This document shows, piece after piece, positions 47,960-60,719 of a DNA stretch of 64,000 nt. Under the pieces are notes generated by a model that was not told where the DNA came from, searched no databases, and worked only from the letters and a program-made list of their open reading frames with translations. The translations under genes were made by a program, and so were the position numbers. Source of the stretch: Heteronotia binoei (taxonomy: Eukaryota); the NCBI RefSeq assembly GCF_032191835.1, contig NC_083225.1, positions 71,734,001 through 71,798,000 of the forward strand, in the 5' to 3' direction. The first letter of the stretch is position 1; every line of letters starts with the position of its first letter.

Positions 47960-49030
47960 CACCTGTGCATAAGTTGCTTCCAACTTATTGTGACCCTATG
48001 GATTAATGACCTCTAAAATGTCCTATCAATAGCCTTGCTCAGTTGTTATAAACTGAGAGCCATAGCTTCCTTGATTAAGCCAATCCATCTCTTGTTAGGT
48101 CTTTGTCTTTTCCTGTTGTCTTCAACTGTTCCTAGCATTATTGATTTTTCCAGTGAGTCTTGTCTTCTAATAATGTAACCAAAGTACAATAACCTAGCTT
48201 TTAGGGAGAGTTCAGGCTTTGTTTGATCCACAGTCCATGATATCTGTATAACCCTCTTCCCACACCACATTTCAAATGAATAAATTTTATTCCTTTCAGC
48301 TTTCTTCATTGTCCAATTTTCACACCCATATATAGTAATGGGGAATAATCTTGATCTTGGTTGCAAACAACACATCCTTCAAAGTCTTTTCTAGCTCCTT
48401 CATGGCTGCCCTTTTCAGTCTCAAGCTCCTGATTTGTTGGCTGCAGTCTTCCTTTTGGTTGATGATGGAGCCAAGGAATGGAAAATCTTTAATGTTTTCA
48501 TTGTCAACCTTGAAGTTGTGTAATTATCCAGCAGTCATTACTTTTGTCTTCTTGATATTCAGCTGCAATCCTGCTTCAGCACTTTCTGCTTCAACCTTCG
48601 ACAGTCTTTCAAGGCTTCACTATTTTCTGCTAGTAATGAGGTGTCATATGTGTGTGTCAGATTATTGATATTTCTTCCAACAGTTTTCACTCCACACTCA
48701 TTGACATCTAATTCAGCTTTCATGATGATAAGAACATAAGAGAAGCCATGTTGGATCAGGCCAACGGCCCATCCAGTCCAACACTCTGTGTCACACAGTG
48801 GCAAAAAATTTTATATATACACACACACTGTGGCTAATAGCCACTGATGGACCTGTGCTCCATATTTTTATCTAAACCCCTCTTGAAGGTGGCTATACTT
48901 GTGGCCGCCACCACCTCCTGTTATGTTCTGCATATTTATGATATGTTCTGCATTTAGTTTGAACAGATAGGAAGATAAAATACATCCTTGTCTGACACCT
49001 TTTCCAATGGAAACCATTCTGTTTCTCCAT
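47960..49030 (-). mobile_element. RTE-BovB-like LINE fragment interrupted by a CR1 piece
   Basis: YGCENWTMKKAERNKIYSFEMWC, NINNL..DTSLLAEN and GKGVRQGCILS. Confidence 0.85.
48730..48920 (-). mobile_element. CR1 3' end inserted in the RTE fragment
   Basis: AAGAACATAAGAGAAGCCATGTTGGATCAGGCC...GCCGCCACCACCTCCTG, same family as 34754. Confidence 0.85.
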
Positions 49031-49477
49031 ATTCTGTCAAAACAATATCCTCTTGTACAGAGTACAGTAGTTAGAATAATGAACAATTAGGATTTGGGAA
49101 ACTTGCACTCTGTCATGGAAGCTTTCTTGGTGATCTTGGACCAACCTCTCTTAGCCTAATGTACCTTACAGGATTGCCATGAGGTTAAAACGCAGACAGG
49201 GAGAACCATGTATGAAGTTTGTTTTTAAGTGAGGGAGATATATGTTCTAGATAGACAGAATTTTTCTGTAGCCACACTATTATTATACTTTTACTTATTA
49301 TGACAAGCATGATATAAGACTATAGAGGGAACAGAAAGAAATTAAAAAGAAGAGCTGTTTCAGTCTATGGTATTCAGAGCTCCATCACATAAGACATTTG
49401 GTCCATTTTTTTCTCATTTCTCTTCATCAATTTAGGATTTTTAAAAGGTTTCCTGTGTAAAATTTTTGCAACCTTCC

Positions 49478-49685
49478 ATAGAATCATAGAGTTGGAAGGT
49501 GCCCCCAGGGTCATTTAGTCCAATTACAAGTACTCCCCCTGCCCTCCTTCTCATGATCCCCCTAAGTTCACAGATTCAGCATTGCTGTCAGATGGTCATC
49601 TGTTTAAAAACCTTCAAAGAAGGAGAACCCACCACCTCACAAGGAAGTCTGTTCCACTGAGGAACCACTCTGTCAGTAAGTTCAT
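49478..49685 (-). mobile_element. CR1 3' end
   Basis: CATAGAATCATAGAGTTGGAAGG...GGAACCACTCT. Confidence 0.75.
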
Positions 49686-49974
49686 TGTGACAGATAAACT
49701 TTGTGCAGTGCATTTAAAGTAATCTCTGAGAATAGCATAGTGAACAAACTGCCAGTGAAATTTTCTTCAAAAGATAATAGCTGTTTTTAGAGTGGAGGGG
49801 GATATAGAGATATTGGAAACTGATTCACAAAGATGTTGACCCAAAAATAGACCTTAAGACCCTGACAACTGTTTGAGTCCTGCCAGTTCATAATCAACCA
49901 ATACATGTTCAGTAACAAGTTGGCATGGAAAAAGTGTAGAATTAAATCAGAAATTTGGATCCAACACAACATTT

Positions 49975-50080
49975 TTGAACATATGAACATATGAAGCTGC
50001 CTTATACTGAATCAGACCCTTGGTCCATCAAAGTCAGTATTGTCTTCTCAGACTGGCAGCGGCTCTCCAGGGTCTCAATT
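49975..50080 (-). mobile_element. SINE 3' part (CR1-tailed family)
   Basis: AACATATGAACATATGAAGCTGCCTTATACTGAATCAGACC. Confidence 0.7.
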
Positions 50081-50937
50081 TTTACTTGCACTAGAGCTCT
50101 TGAGCAAGTGAACATCCAACAAAAAGGCCATGGTAGCCATTTCATCTAAGTCAGATTTATTGTATACTGAATATCTTGTGCAGCAATTTTCTGGGTAGTA
50201 TAATATAATTTTTAGGAAGAACGTGGAGGAGTTTTGTAACATCTTGCGCAAGCAGAACTGTGCTATGTTTGTTTATGTTTCTTCTTGTGTATAACTGGAT
50301 CCAAGCCACGGAACTGAAATTCACAAGCGTTTACAATAATTTTACATGTGCCATACATTTGAAAAAGTTATGGAGTGATGTTGCAAGATTCAAAAATATC
50401 AAAGGGAAACAAGACTTTCCATTAAACGATCTACTGTGAATTATTCTAAGTAAGCAAACGAGCAGACTCCAACCAAAATATTCATTCTCTTTTTATTTCA
50501 TGTTCGGTTAACAGTGCATAGTAATCCCTCCAGCTCTAAAATAATCTTTACCATGCCTTCTTAATACCCAGTTCCAGGTTGGTGGGAGCCATACCACAAA
50601 GCACACCACTGTCATAGCTGCATTGTCCTGTTTCATCAAACAAGAAAGTGTTGATGATTGCTAGGAACAGCTAGAGGGGACATTCAATCTGTTCCTCCAC
50701 CTAACTGTCATCACTACTTCTTCATCTGAGTGGAGACACAGAGGGAGCCTCATATCCCCTGGAGGTCTGACACCATACAACGCAAGAGGACAGAAGCACC
50801 AGTGGCATAGTGAACTCAAGGGACAGAGGTGGACATTCATGAAGATACTGGACCTTGGCTCCTTTGCAACAATAACACACATTATCCATCAAGATAGATC
50901 CAGGTGGGTAGCCATTTTGATCTGAAGCAATAGAATG

Positions 50938-51087
50938 AAGTTAGAGTCCAGTGGCACCTTTAAGACCAACAAAGTTTAATTCAAGGTTTGAGCTTTCATG
51001 TACACATACATTTCTTCACACACACATGAAAGCTCAAACCTTGAATAAAACTTTGTTGGTCTTAAAGGTGCCAGTGGACTCTAACTT
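50938..51087. repeat. Near-perfect palindrome of Penelope-derived sequence
   Basis: 64-bp arms (50938-51001 and 51024-51087) at 62/64 identity with a 22-nt spacer. Confidence 0.9.
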
Positions 51088-52939
51088 TACACATTATCCA
51101 GCCAAACCTAGAACATTTGTGTTGTCTTTCATACAGTCTCTGAGAAGCGCTGCATCTGGAAGAAAATTCATGGCCAAAATATTAATTCTCAGTTCTTATT
51201 TTCAGTACACAGTGTTATTGTACATATGGGCCAAGACCCAAAGAACTATTTTATACTATGGCTTCGGAGGATGCTAAGAGGCAACCACCATATTACAAAC
51301 TGATTTGGAAATTCCTGTCAATTTCAAAAACATTTTGTCATGCAACAAGAGGGGTAATTAGGGTTTTTTTTGTTTACATTATATATAGCCCACCTTTCTC
51401 ACTGAGACTCAAGGCGCATCACCTAAAGTAAATAAATATGATCAATAGGATGACACATCCCGTATGCAATGCAATAGAATTTTGAAAGGGAGCTGTCATC
51501 TGAAAAGCACGTAAGTATTTAACATGTCGCAATAAATAATGTTTCACATGGTCTTACAGTCTCAGAAACACAGTGCATTTTCCTGGACCAATCCATTAGA
51601 ATGCTTTTCCTTTATGAAAATGCCATCCTAAACTATCCTGAACTACTCATAAAAGTTCTTTGCAACTTGGTCTCGGCGTCTGATGCAGGTACTTACGAGA
51701 AACGGTAAGCTGCATTCTTCATATCAGGACAAAACTGAAATCCTGTTTTTTTCTACCTTCCCCATCTGTAAAGGGCACCCAACTTAAGGGAAGCATTTTG
51801 AAGGTGCAAAACCAAAAATAGATTTATGAAGTTTTTAATGAAGGGAAAAGGGGAAGGAATGTGAAATTTCAAGAAGTTTTCCCCTGCTTTGTTAAAAGCA
51901 TATATTTTTCCATTTCCCTAATTTGGTAATTCACTTTTGTTTCAATGTTGCTTGTATTATACTATTTCATTATATTCCAAGTAACATTTTTACAAAAGTT
52001 ATCAGCCTGTTTTATCCCACTGCTGTGATTGCAGATTATAAATGAAGTAAATAAATAAATAAACTTTATGCTGCATAAGACTTCAGTCTATTTCACTGGC
52101 ACGAAGTTTCTTTTAATTGACTGCATTTCTCATGGCATACTGTGGGGGAAATACTAGCAGGCCCTCCAAATGACAATGTGTTTGACCGTGCATAACAGAA
52201 GAAGGAAAAATGAAAACCCAGGAGGAAACAATTCCCCCTTTTTGCTAGGAAAAGTGAAAGATAACAGCTGCTCATTTGGAACTGGCCACTGGCTTTTATT
52301 ATGTCTGGACAATTCATTTTAGATAGAACAATTGTAGTGCAGCCCTCTGAGATTTCTGTAAAGTGAAAAACATGTGCTTATAAACACCCAAAGAGATCCT
52401 TGTCTCCTTCATAATACAACCCCCCCCCCCCCAATAAAACAGGTTTAGGGCTAAGTCTAGTGCTCTCATGCAATCCCAATAGATTCTTTCCCAGTGGTTC
52501 CCTCTTCAATTATTTTTTTTTTGGGGGGGGGGAATCTCACAGTTCTTCCCATGTTACTATTTCCTTGCACCGAAGAATGAATTTAACTCTCAAGGTCTGC
52601 CCTTCATGCAGCAGGGATGAGGTCAGATGGCGTCTAGCTGTATAAGTGATGGAAGTGGCATAGCTATTTGAAACAATTTCAGTGTTTTAATAGCTAGGAC
52701 TGTACTTCTTCAAACATCAGCTGTCATTTGTTTCTTTATTCCAAATTTTGTCTCTGTAATAGCTAAAATTAGCCTTCTGCAGATAGGAATAGACTCAGAG
52801 CCAGAACTTGAACCCACCAGACCTGCACCTGTAATACTATTCTACCTTTTATCAGAAGCTAAACAGACATACAGCATTATCCCTAAGATTTCTTCTTGTT
52901 ATAAGATTATTCAAGGGGTAGAGTGAGAAGAAAGGGGGT

Positions 52940-53210
52940 TTTTTTTCTCCCACTCCTAAAAAACTAGAATTTAGGGGGCACCCAATGAAGCTTGGTGGGC
53001 AGCATATTCAGGATGGATTAATAATTAACAAGTGAAATCATAAACAGGTCTACTCAGAATTCTTCTGAAGTATACTAAAAGGGGCTTATTGCAAGAAAGT
53101 ATATTTAGGACTACAATGATAATTGTTGAATTCACTGCCAGTTCATGCAGCAATGGCCACAGTCATAGATTATTTAAAAGGGGATTAGACAGATTAATGG
53201 AAGCAGGCTC
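52940..53210 (+). mobile_element. Old CR1 3' fragment
   Basis: GGGCACCCAATGAAGCT...TTTAAAAGGGGATTAGACA motifs. Confidence 0.55.
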
Positions 53211-53533
53211 CAACCTGCCAGTGGGGAGAAGCCCCACCCCAACAGCCACCATGTGCCTTTAAATCCTAACAGGCTTAGAAGAAGATTGCAAACTGCTTGT
53301 GTTTTTGAAGGTGTGTGTGCCTTACATCTCAGCAGGACAAAAGCTGCATGGGAGGGATGAACAGGCAGAGCCACGTGGCTCTTCCCAGTGAGTGTGTGAT
53401 GCCAGTGAGAAAGGAAGAGAGCACCGTTTCTCTGTTTTGCATTCATTTCAGAAGTTGTTTGTATAGTAACATTGATAGCAAAGAGTTAACTAGAACCTGA
53501 TAATGGGATGGAGGAAAATTCCACCCCCTATAC

Positions 53534-54058
53534 CAGGGGTGTCAAACTCATTTGTTACAAGAGCCAAATCTGACATAAATGAGACCTTGTTGGGCCGAAC
53601 CATATCAGGTTGGGCCAGGCCACGTGTGTACCTATTTATGATTAGGTAGCAGAGATGTAAAGGACAAGCACAAAGCTAAACACCTTAAATCATCCTTAAA
53701 ATATTAGCACAGTCTTAAAGGTGCTTTCTTTGTATTTCTCCCAAGGGGCCCAGTGAACTGGGCAAAGGAAGCTCTGGCTCTTTCCTTCCTTCCCCAGGGG
53801 ACCAGGAGGGGGAGGAGCCTCAGCCAATAGAAGGAAGAGAGGCTTGGCTCAGTACCTCTGCTGTGTCTGGCAAAGCAAGCTCTCCCTCCCCCACTTCTTC
53901 CCCAAGGGAGGAGCCTCTGTAGTTCCTGTGCTATTGCGCAATCCTGGCAAAGCAAGCTGTTATGCAGAAGGCAGCAACAGAGAGGGAGAAGGAAGCAGAT
54001 GACAGCCAGTTGCTTGGGGGCCTGATTTGGCCCCCGGGCCACATATTTGACACTCCTG
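53534..54058. mobile_element. hAT-Charlie-like MITE
   Basis: TIR CAGGGGTGTCAAA / TTTGACACTCCTG; TSD CCCTATAC / CCCTAGAC. Confidence 0.85.
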
Positions 54059-54959
54059 CCCTAGACTGCTTCCATACTTTCATTTTCCTGTATTAGTCTG
54101 AAGTTGGTTGAAATACAGCAAAATGTTGAATTCAGCAACTCCTGTGAATAAAGCAATGTATACCACTGCACCAGTGAAATCACAAAACTGAGCTTGCAAA
54201 CTGTGTTTATTTTGGCTGCTTTGTGAGTGTGTGTGTGTCCCTTAATAAAGCCATTCTTAGATATGCTACCAAGGCCTGGAGAAGAGACAGCCTCACAAAC
54301 AATTTCATATCCCTTATAAATATTTAACTGAGGAAAAAAAACAGGTTTCAAAAAAAAACTGCAAACAAACCTATTCATGTCTACACCATTCAGTGATGGT
54401 TCTTCCCAGACAACCATGCATAAAAATTGCAGCCATAGAAAGGGAAGAAGGAGACCAAAAGAGATAGATTTTAAAATGTTTCTTAAATGAAGAAACAGAA
54501 AAATATTGTTACACTCGCACCACTTCTCTGTTATATGTGCTTACCCTCTTTGTTTGCTTTTGGAGGAGAGAGCATTTTTGTCAAAGTTGTCAACGTTGTT
54601 TTTTGGAGGCAAAGCGGCACTTCAGCAGGGCAAGAGATCCATCATCCCTCTAACTTGTGAACAGGACTTGGGAGTCAGACCTTAATATGGTTTCCTCTGA
54701 CAGCAGCGACCCAAGGTAGAGATTTTCACATTACCAATTTCCTCATCCTTTCCAACTGGACTGGTTGATATTACAGCAAAGGCAAATATTAAGGGATGAT
54801 AGCATTCAGCAAAGTGGAGAAAACAAAGTAATGGATCAAAAATAATATCTGATCTACAGACACATGTAAAGTGTGTTTTTATTTTTCTGCTTTAGAATGA
54901 TAACGGAGTCCAAACTTCCAGTATTAGTTCATTACTAAAGAGTATGTACACAATGGACT

Positions 54960-55720
54960 TAGGCTTCCCAACCCCCCCCCCCCCGCTCTGGCGGGAGTCC
55001 CCTGGGTTTGCAGCCTCATCTCCCGGTCTTCAAGAAGTGGGAAGCGGCGGGGGGGGTGGAGGGGGGGAGAACATACCTGTAGGCTTCATTATAGAGCTCC
55101 TGTGCCGTTTGTAAAATGTCTGCCCCTTTAAGGCTGGGCAGCGAGCAGGAAGGGCTTGGGAGAACAGCCCCGCCCTTTCTTTTGCTTTCGCTTTCACAAG
55201 AGTTCTCCGGAAGAAGATCTGGTAAGTGTGTGTGTGTGAGGGAAGGGGCTGGGGATTCCCTAGTTTGGAGGCCCTCCCCCCTTTTAGAAAGCGTGGGGGG
55301 GGGAGGGAAATGTCTACTGGGCATTCTATTATTCCCTATGGAGAACGATTCCCATAGGGAATAATAGGGAATTCATCCGTTGGTATTGGGGGCTCTGGGG
55401 TGGCTATTTTTTGAGGTAGAGGCACCAAATTTTTAGTATAACATCTAGTGCCTCTCCCCAAAATACCCCCCAAGTTTCAAAACGATTGGACCAGAGGGTC
55501 CAATTCTATGAACCCCAAAAGATGGTGCCCCTATACTTCATTATTTCCTATGGAAGAAAGGAATTTTAAAAGGTGTGCTGTCCCTTTAAATGTGATGGCC
55601 AGAACTCCCTTGGAGTTCAATTATGCTTGTCACATCCTTGTTCTTGGCTCCACCCCCAATGTCTCCTGGCTCCACCCCCAAAGTCCCCAGATTTTTCTTT
55701 AATTGGACTTGGCAACCCTA
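54960..55720. mobile_element. hAT non-autonomous element (TAGG...CCTA family), complete
   Basis: Perfect 8-bp TSD AATGGACT; termini TAGGCTTCCC / GGCAACCCTA. Confidence 0.9.
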
Positions 55721-55834
55721 AATGGACTTTATATTTCACATTGGCATCATAGCAAAGAAAAAGAGACAGGGCCATTGTGGGAGAGTGGTTAGTGCATTGG
55801 CCTGGGGAGCCACAAGTTCATCTCCCTGCTAGTC

Positions 55835-56100
55835 ATTTATTTACTTATTCCATTTATTCCTTATTTGGTCCCCAGTGGGGACCAAAAGTGACTTACATTG
55901 TTCTCCATTTTATCCTCACAACAGCTCTGCCAGGTAGGCTAGGCTGAGAGCTTGTGATGGGCCCAAGCTTCTATGGCAGCACAGGCATTCAAACCTGGGT
56001 CTCCCAGATCCTAATCTAAGCCTCTAGCCCCTATCTTACACTGACTGACTTTGAGCCAAACATTTTATTTAAGTCTCTGGGTTGTTGTGAGGATAAAAGA
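55835..56100. mobile_element. MIR/CORE-like SINE pieces
   Basis: ATTTTATCCTCACAAC motif on both strands; TAGGCTAGGCTGAGAG. Confidence 0.55.
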
Positions 56101-56902
56101 TGAGAAATGTGTGTACCATCTAGAGCTCCTGGAAGGAAGGATGGGGTCCAAATATATATAAAAAATAGTACTAAATTTTGTTTTAAAGCTTTTAAATAAC
56201 ATAATAATTGTAAGTTTAACTGTAAATATGGCAACAGGTGCTTCTCCCTTCCCCCCTCTCCTCCTCCTGCCTGAAGGAGGGGGAAAAAAGAACAGTCTGG
56301 ATCTGCAGAAGTTACAGGTAGGCCATTAATCAAAAGCACAGCAGGAGTCCTAACTTAGTTCCTGCAGCAGGAAACTGTTAGAACAGAATGCAAGGCCATT
56401 ATTTTTCCTCCCTATCCAGTCACCCTGCATAAAGACAAGTTTTTAAAAAATAAATAAAATCAGTTCCTAATGTTAATTCCAATATTTTTGTCATCTCATA
56501 TATTACGCTGTTGTTGGTTGGATTATGTATGATATCACTTCTTCCCAAATATTTCCCTGTAATGTCCAGTAGGGAAATTCTGCTACATATTGTTTTATAA
56601 CAGGAATTTGTTGTAGGGCACACCGAAACAAAATGGCTGCTGTGGGCAGTCCTGATCCTTTCCCATACATATTTCTTAATATGTTTCACATAAATGGAAG
56701 ATGGGGACCTAGAAAATTTTTAGATAACAGTATAATTGTTGAAGTTTACTAAGATTTTTCCAGTTGAATAAATTGTAGTGGGCAACTTTAGTTATCATTT
56801 GCAAGTCTTTGCTGTATTAGGGACTCTAAGAGAAACAAACACTGTGATGTACTGGCTAACAATTTTTAGTAAAACCATTTTAGAAAAACCTTTTTGGAAT
56901 CA

Positions 56903-56986
56903 TAGTCTGCCATGAAAACATCGTGATGCGACATCACCCCAGAGTCAGAAACGACTGGTGCTTGTATAGGGGACTACCTTTACCTT
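56903..56986 (+). mobile_element. Sauria-type SINE 3' fragment
   Basis: Reverse complement of 6652-6735. Confidence 0.8.
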
Positions 56987-58330
56987 TTAAATCTTTTTAT
57001 ACATTACAACAACACTAGAAATGTCTATTCACATAGCAATATTACAAGAAAGGTCCATTCTCACATTACAATATTACAAGAAAGGTCCAATGAGCACATG
57101 GATATAGGCTCATTTCATCAATGAACTTCCTCAGGAACTGTCCTTCCTATTTCTTTCAGGGTTTAAAGCCTCTTTTAACAATCCAGTGTTAATGCTCTTC
57201 TGCAGCATCTTTTACTTCAAGTTCTCTCATTCTGGAATAAGCCAAGGTAATAACAACAAGACACACCACAAAGCTGAATGGAAATAGATAGTTCTTAAAT
57301 TTTTAAATTTTAAGATATTGTTAATTATTGTTAAAAACTTACCACTCAATAACACTTAAGCCAGTCCTAAAATTCTTCTTTAACCAGATGCAAAAGCCTT
57401 CTGGAGTTTGCTGGCAAATTCCTCTCTACAATATTGTTGAGGAAACTGCTCAGAGTTTAAAACGTTTTGTAGCACAACAGCCATGACAATCCTCTCTTCA
57501 AACTTCATTCATTATGAAGACTGAAAGGTTGTTACATAGCCAATTGTGACAAGCCATTTGGTAATATTATAAAGCCAATTCAGAGTGAGAACATGAAACA
57601 CTGCACTTACACTGGATGTAGGATCACAGCAAAATCATTGTGACATCATCATACTTTCTACAGGAGCTAGAATTTAGTGATAAAAATGTACACAGTAATA
57701 AAAAGGAGACTGCCAAAGGGTAGCAAAAAAGAGGGACATAGCAAATGCAACCAGTCATGAACAGACTAAAGAAACATCTTTGTTAGTTTATTTTGTGCCA
57801 CCCATACTATTTTTGTATTGAAAATGCATGAAACATTTAGTACCTAAATATGAAACATTTAGACCTAAGATATACTTATGTCTAACCTAGCAATGTTGTT
57901 GAAAAGTCACGTTGATCATAGATAATAAAAAGGCAACAAAAAAGGACAGAGATATAGCACAGGCAATGGCAGCTTTATAATACAATCTCAAGTTATCACC
58001 TATATATTTTTTAGTGTTTTTTATAGTCTGCCTTTCTCATTGGGACTCAAAGCAGGTTAGGCAACAGAGTAAGCCAATACAATCAATAAGCTGAGACATC
58101 CAAAAAACAATGCAATATGTTTGGGGTTTTAGAAATCTGGAACCAATCAGAAATTTCAAATAGAACTAAAGCAAAGCATAAGCATTAACAAGACTTGTTA
58201 ACCAGTGCAAAAAGCACATAATAGGATCCCACTTACAGCAACAGACAGTATGAAATATATACAGTTGTATAAACCACAGTCCTAACCCTTTACCCAAGTA
58301 TTTTTGAGCCATTTTGTTAGCAAGAAGAAG

Positions 58331-59672
58331 TGTGAGGAAAAAGCCCTTGCAGGACATCGTAATCACCAACTTGGTTGCCAGATAACCTGGAGAAGTAGCT
58401 CACACACATCTGGCCAGAGAGTGTGAGTAAACCTATCCAGGGGCAAAAGGGACTTATGCAGTACTAGCAGCCACAACGCTACGAAGGCACTCAAGACCGG
58501 TACAAGAGTGCCTGCCAGGAGAACAGAGGGCCTTCCACCGCTCTGTATGACATCCATCTTGGCCGTGAAGTGGAGGATACTGCGCCACCAGGAGCTATCC
58601 AGGCAAACGGTTTTGAAGCACTGACCATGGAATCCACTGTGGAGGGCTAACACCACACGCAGCCATTTTCCTACCAGGCTAGACTCCATTCCAGTGAAGT
58701 GAACGGCTCACGTACTCGCCAGATGTCACCTGTGATTGTAGGCAATCGACCCACCCCAGGCGTGGTTAATTGCCCAATCGCCACTGTCTTTGTCCAGTGG
58801 AACTCAAGACAAAGACTGGCACCAAGAAGAAGATAGAAGAAGAAAACCATCTTCAGCCAGAGCCAAGTTCCTTTGTGTAAACCGGGTGTTACCTTAGATA
58901 ACAATTTGGCCCTCTATTGTCACCTTTTTAGATAAGTGTGATAAACCCAAGCACACCTCCACCCAGTGATTTCTCCCATTCTTCTATAGACTATCCCCTT
59001 GGAGCATCCCCACCCTGGTCCATTTCAGCCTGAAAGTTCACTCAGGTATCCAGGATTCAAGCCAGTTCATTGGTCAGGTATGGGCACCCAGTTAGGTGAC
59101 ACCAATGAACTTTCTATTGGCTCTCACAGTAGTCCAGCCCTTATGGTCACTGCGAAGCCTCCCCTTCTTGTGAGGTCATGCATCAGCTGACCACCTTCCT
59201 CCTCCCTCGTACCTCCTATCTCCTAAGGGCTCAAGGTAGTCCTTATAACCTGTGGACTAGCTACTCACAGGTGTGCTTCTAGCAGTATCCCAATTCCGCT
59301 GCCTAGATCCATCCCCGATGCTAAGGCCAAGTTTCGGGTCCCCTTTCCCACTTCCTCGCTGGTCGCCATTGGAGCCTTCCTCGAAGACTACGATCGGTAA
59401 ATATTTCCCTTTTCGTCTACCCATGTGTTTCCCTATCTCTATATCTATTTTTCTTAGGACTGTAGGAATGATTTTATGAGTATTTTATCTTGTATGAAAG
59501 CCTATATTTTTCTGGAATAAATTTTGATTGTTTTACTTAATTAGAGTCCCTAATATTTTTAAGCATTAATTTCTGGACGTGGAATCCTGTATACACAGGT
59601 AAAAGATCCTGATTAAGCCAGGTGCCCACCTGACAATTCCCCAACCTTGTTTTGAGGGCATTTTGGCTTACA
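58331..59672 (+). mobile_element. Solo LTR, about 1.3 kb, copy 2
   Basis: TGTGAG...CTTACA termini; perfect 4-bp TSD GAAG; TATA-like motif at about 59243 and AATAAA at about 59517 define the orientation. Confidence 0.88.
58363..58689 (-). CDS. Putative antisense LTR ORF (108 aa; the C-terminal 64 aa are intact in both copies)
   Basis: Same frame in copy 1 with no indels over 108 codons, but copy 1 has a CAG>TAG stop at codon 23. Confidence 0.3.
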   Translation of the reverse strand: MESSLVGKWLRVVLALHSGFHGQCFKTVCLDSSWWRSILHFTAKMDVIQSGGRPSVLLAGTLVPVLSAFVALWLLVLHKSLLPLDRFTHTLWPDVCELLLQVIWQPSW

Positions 59673-59959
59673 GAAGGGCCACTCCAAAGAAGCCAAGGAA
59701 TGAAGAAACAAGACAGTGGTGCTGTGGCACTAAATTTTTATTATCTGTGTGTATCCCAACACAAACACTCATTGCTTCCTTGGGGCAATCTATATAATCA
59801 TTAAAAATTAAAAAAATAAGATTTATTCCCCAATACTAAAAGACATGTTGAAAGGTTATATGTATAAAGAAAAAAAAATTACATGTAAATATATTTATTA
59901 AAAACACAAAGACAGGACTCCCGAGCATGTACAAAGTCCATTATGATGTGGTTGGTCAA

Positions 59960-60230
59960 AGCTGAATGGGATGAAAAGACTACAAAAGTTTTTCCTGTCC
60001 ATCATAAGTGCACACTGGAAGCAGGAAATACCATCTAATGTGTATAACTTTTTCTGCCTCTCCCAAAACTTGAGGGCATCCAATGAAATTGATGTGCAGT
60101 AGATTAAGGATGGACAAAAGGAAATACTTCCTTACCCAACAAGTAATTAAAATGTGGAATTTGCTGCCGGAGCATGTAGTGATGGCTGAAAGCATAGGTG
60201 TCTTTAAAAGGGGAATAGACATACATCCAT
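59960..60230 (+). mobile_element. CR1 3' fragments
   Basis: GGGCATCCAATGAAATTGA...GGAAATACTTCCTTACCCAAC...TTTAAAAGGGGA.TAGAC. Confidence 0.7.
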
Positions 60231-60719
60231 GAAAAAAGAAAAAAGATTGCTCTTACAATGTGCTAACAAAAGAAATGCCCAAGGACAAAGGTAACTTATT
60301 GGAATGGGAGAAGAGTTGAATGAATCCAACTGATTCCGACAAATCGAAAACTTCACAATAAGAAAAAAACCCACATTATATCCAGTATCTTAATATTCAT
60401 ACGTACAGCATGGAAATAGACTTCAAAGTGTATAGGCACAATGGCATCAGTGAACCTCTACAAAAAGGCCAGATACTGAAGGACTGGAACCAGGATGAAA
60501 TTGAATGACAGCTGCTAGCAAGTTGTTCCTATATACTGTCTTTCTCAGATCCAAAACAGGTTCCTCTCTTTTTCTGTTCCATTATTATTACTAGCATTTT
60601 TGTTGAAATACTGTTATAATGAGACAACCAGAAAATACAAGACTGTGCGTATTCCATACCCTCTCTCAGGAAATTCAAGGTATCGGCTGTCTTTATTGGA
60701 TAAATAGAAGATGACAGTG

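Noticed and set aside
33020-51087. Active hammerhead ribozymes
   Set aside because: Every copy lacks at least one invariant core nucleotide.
57160-57246. 87-nt exon-like segment with an open phase-1 frame
   Set aside because: It lies in AT-rich sequence resembling a decayed antisense LINE tail, the donor GTAATA is modest, and the peptide is unrecognised.
44669-59672. The two LTRs as the ends of one provirus, or as an inversion breakpoint pair
   Set aside because: They are in opposite orientation, there are no gag/pol remnants between them, and each has its own TSD.
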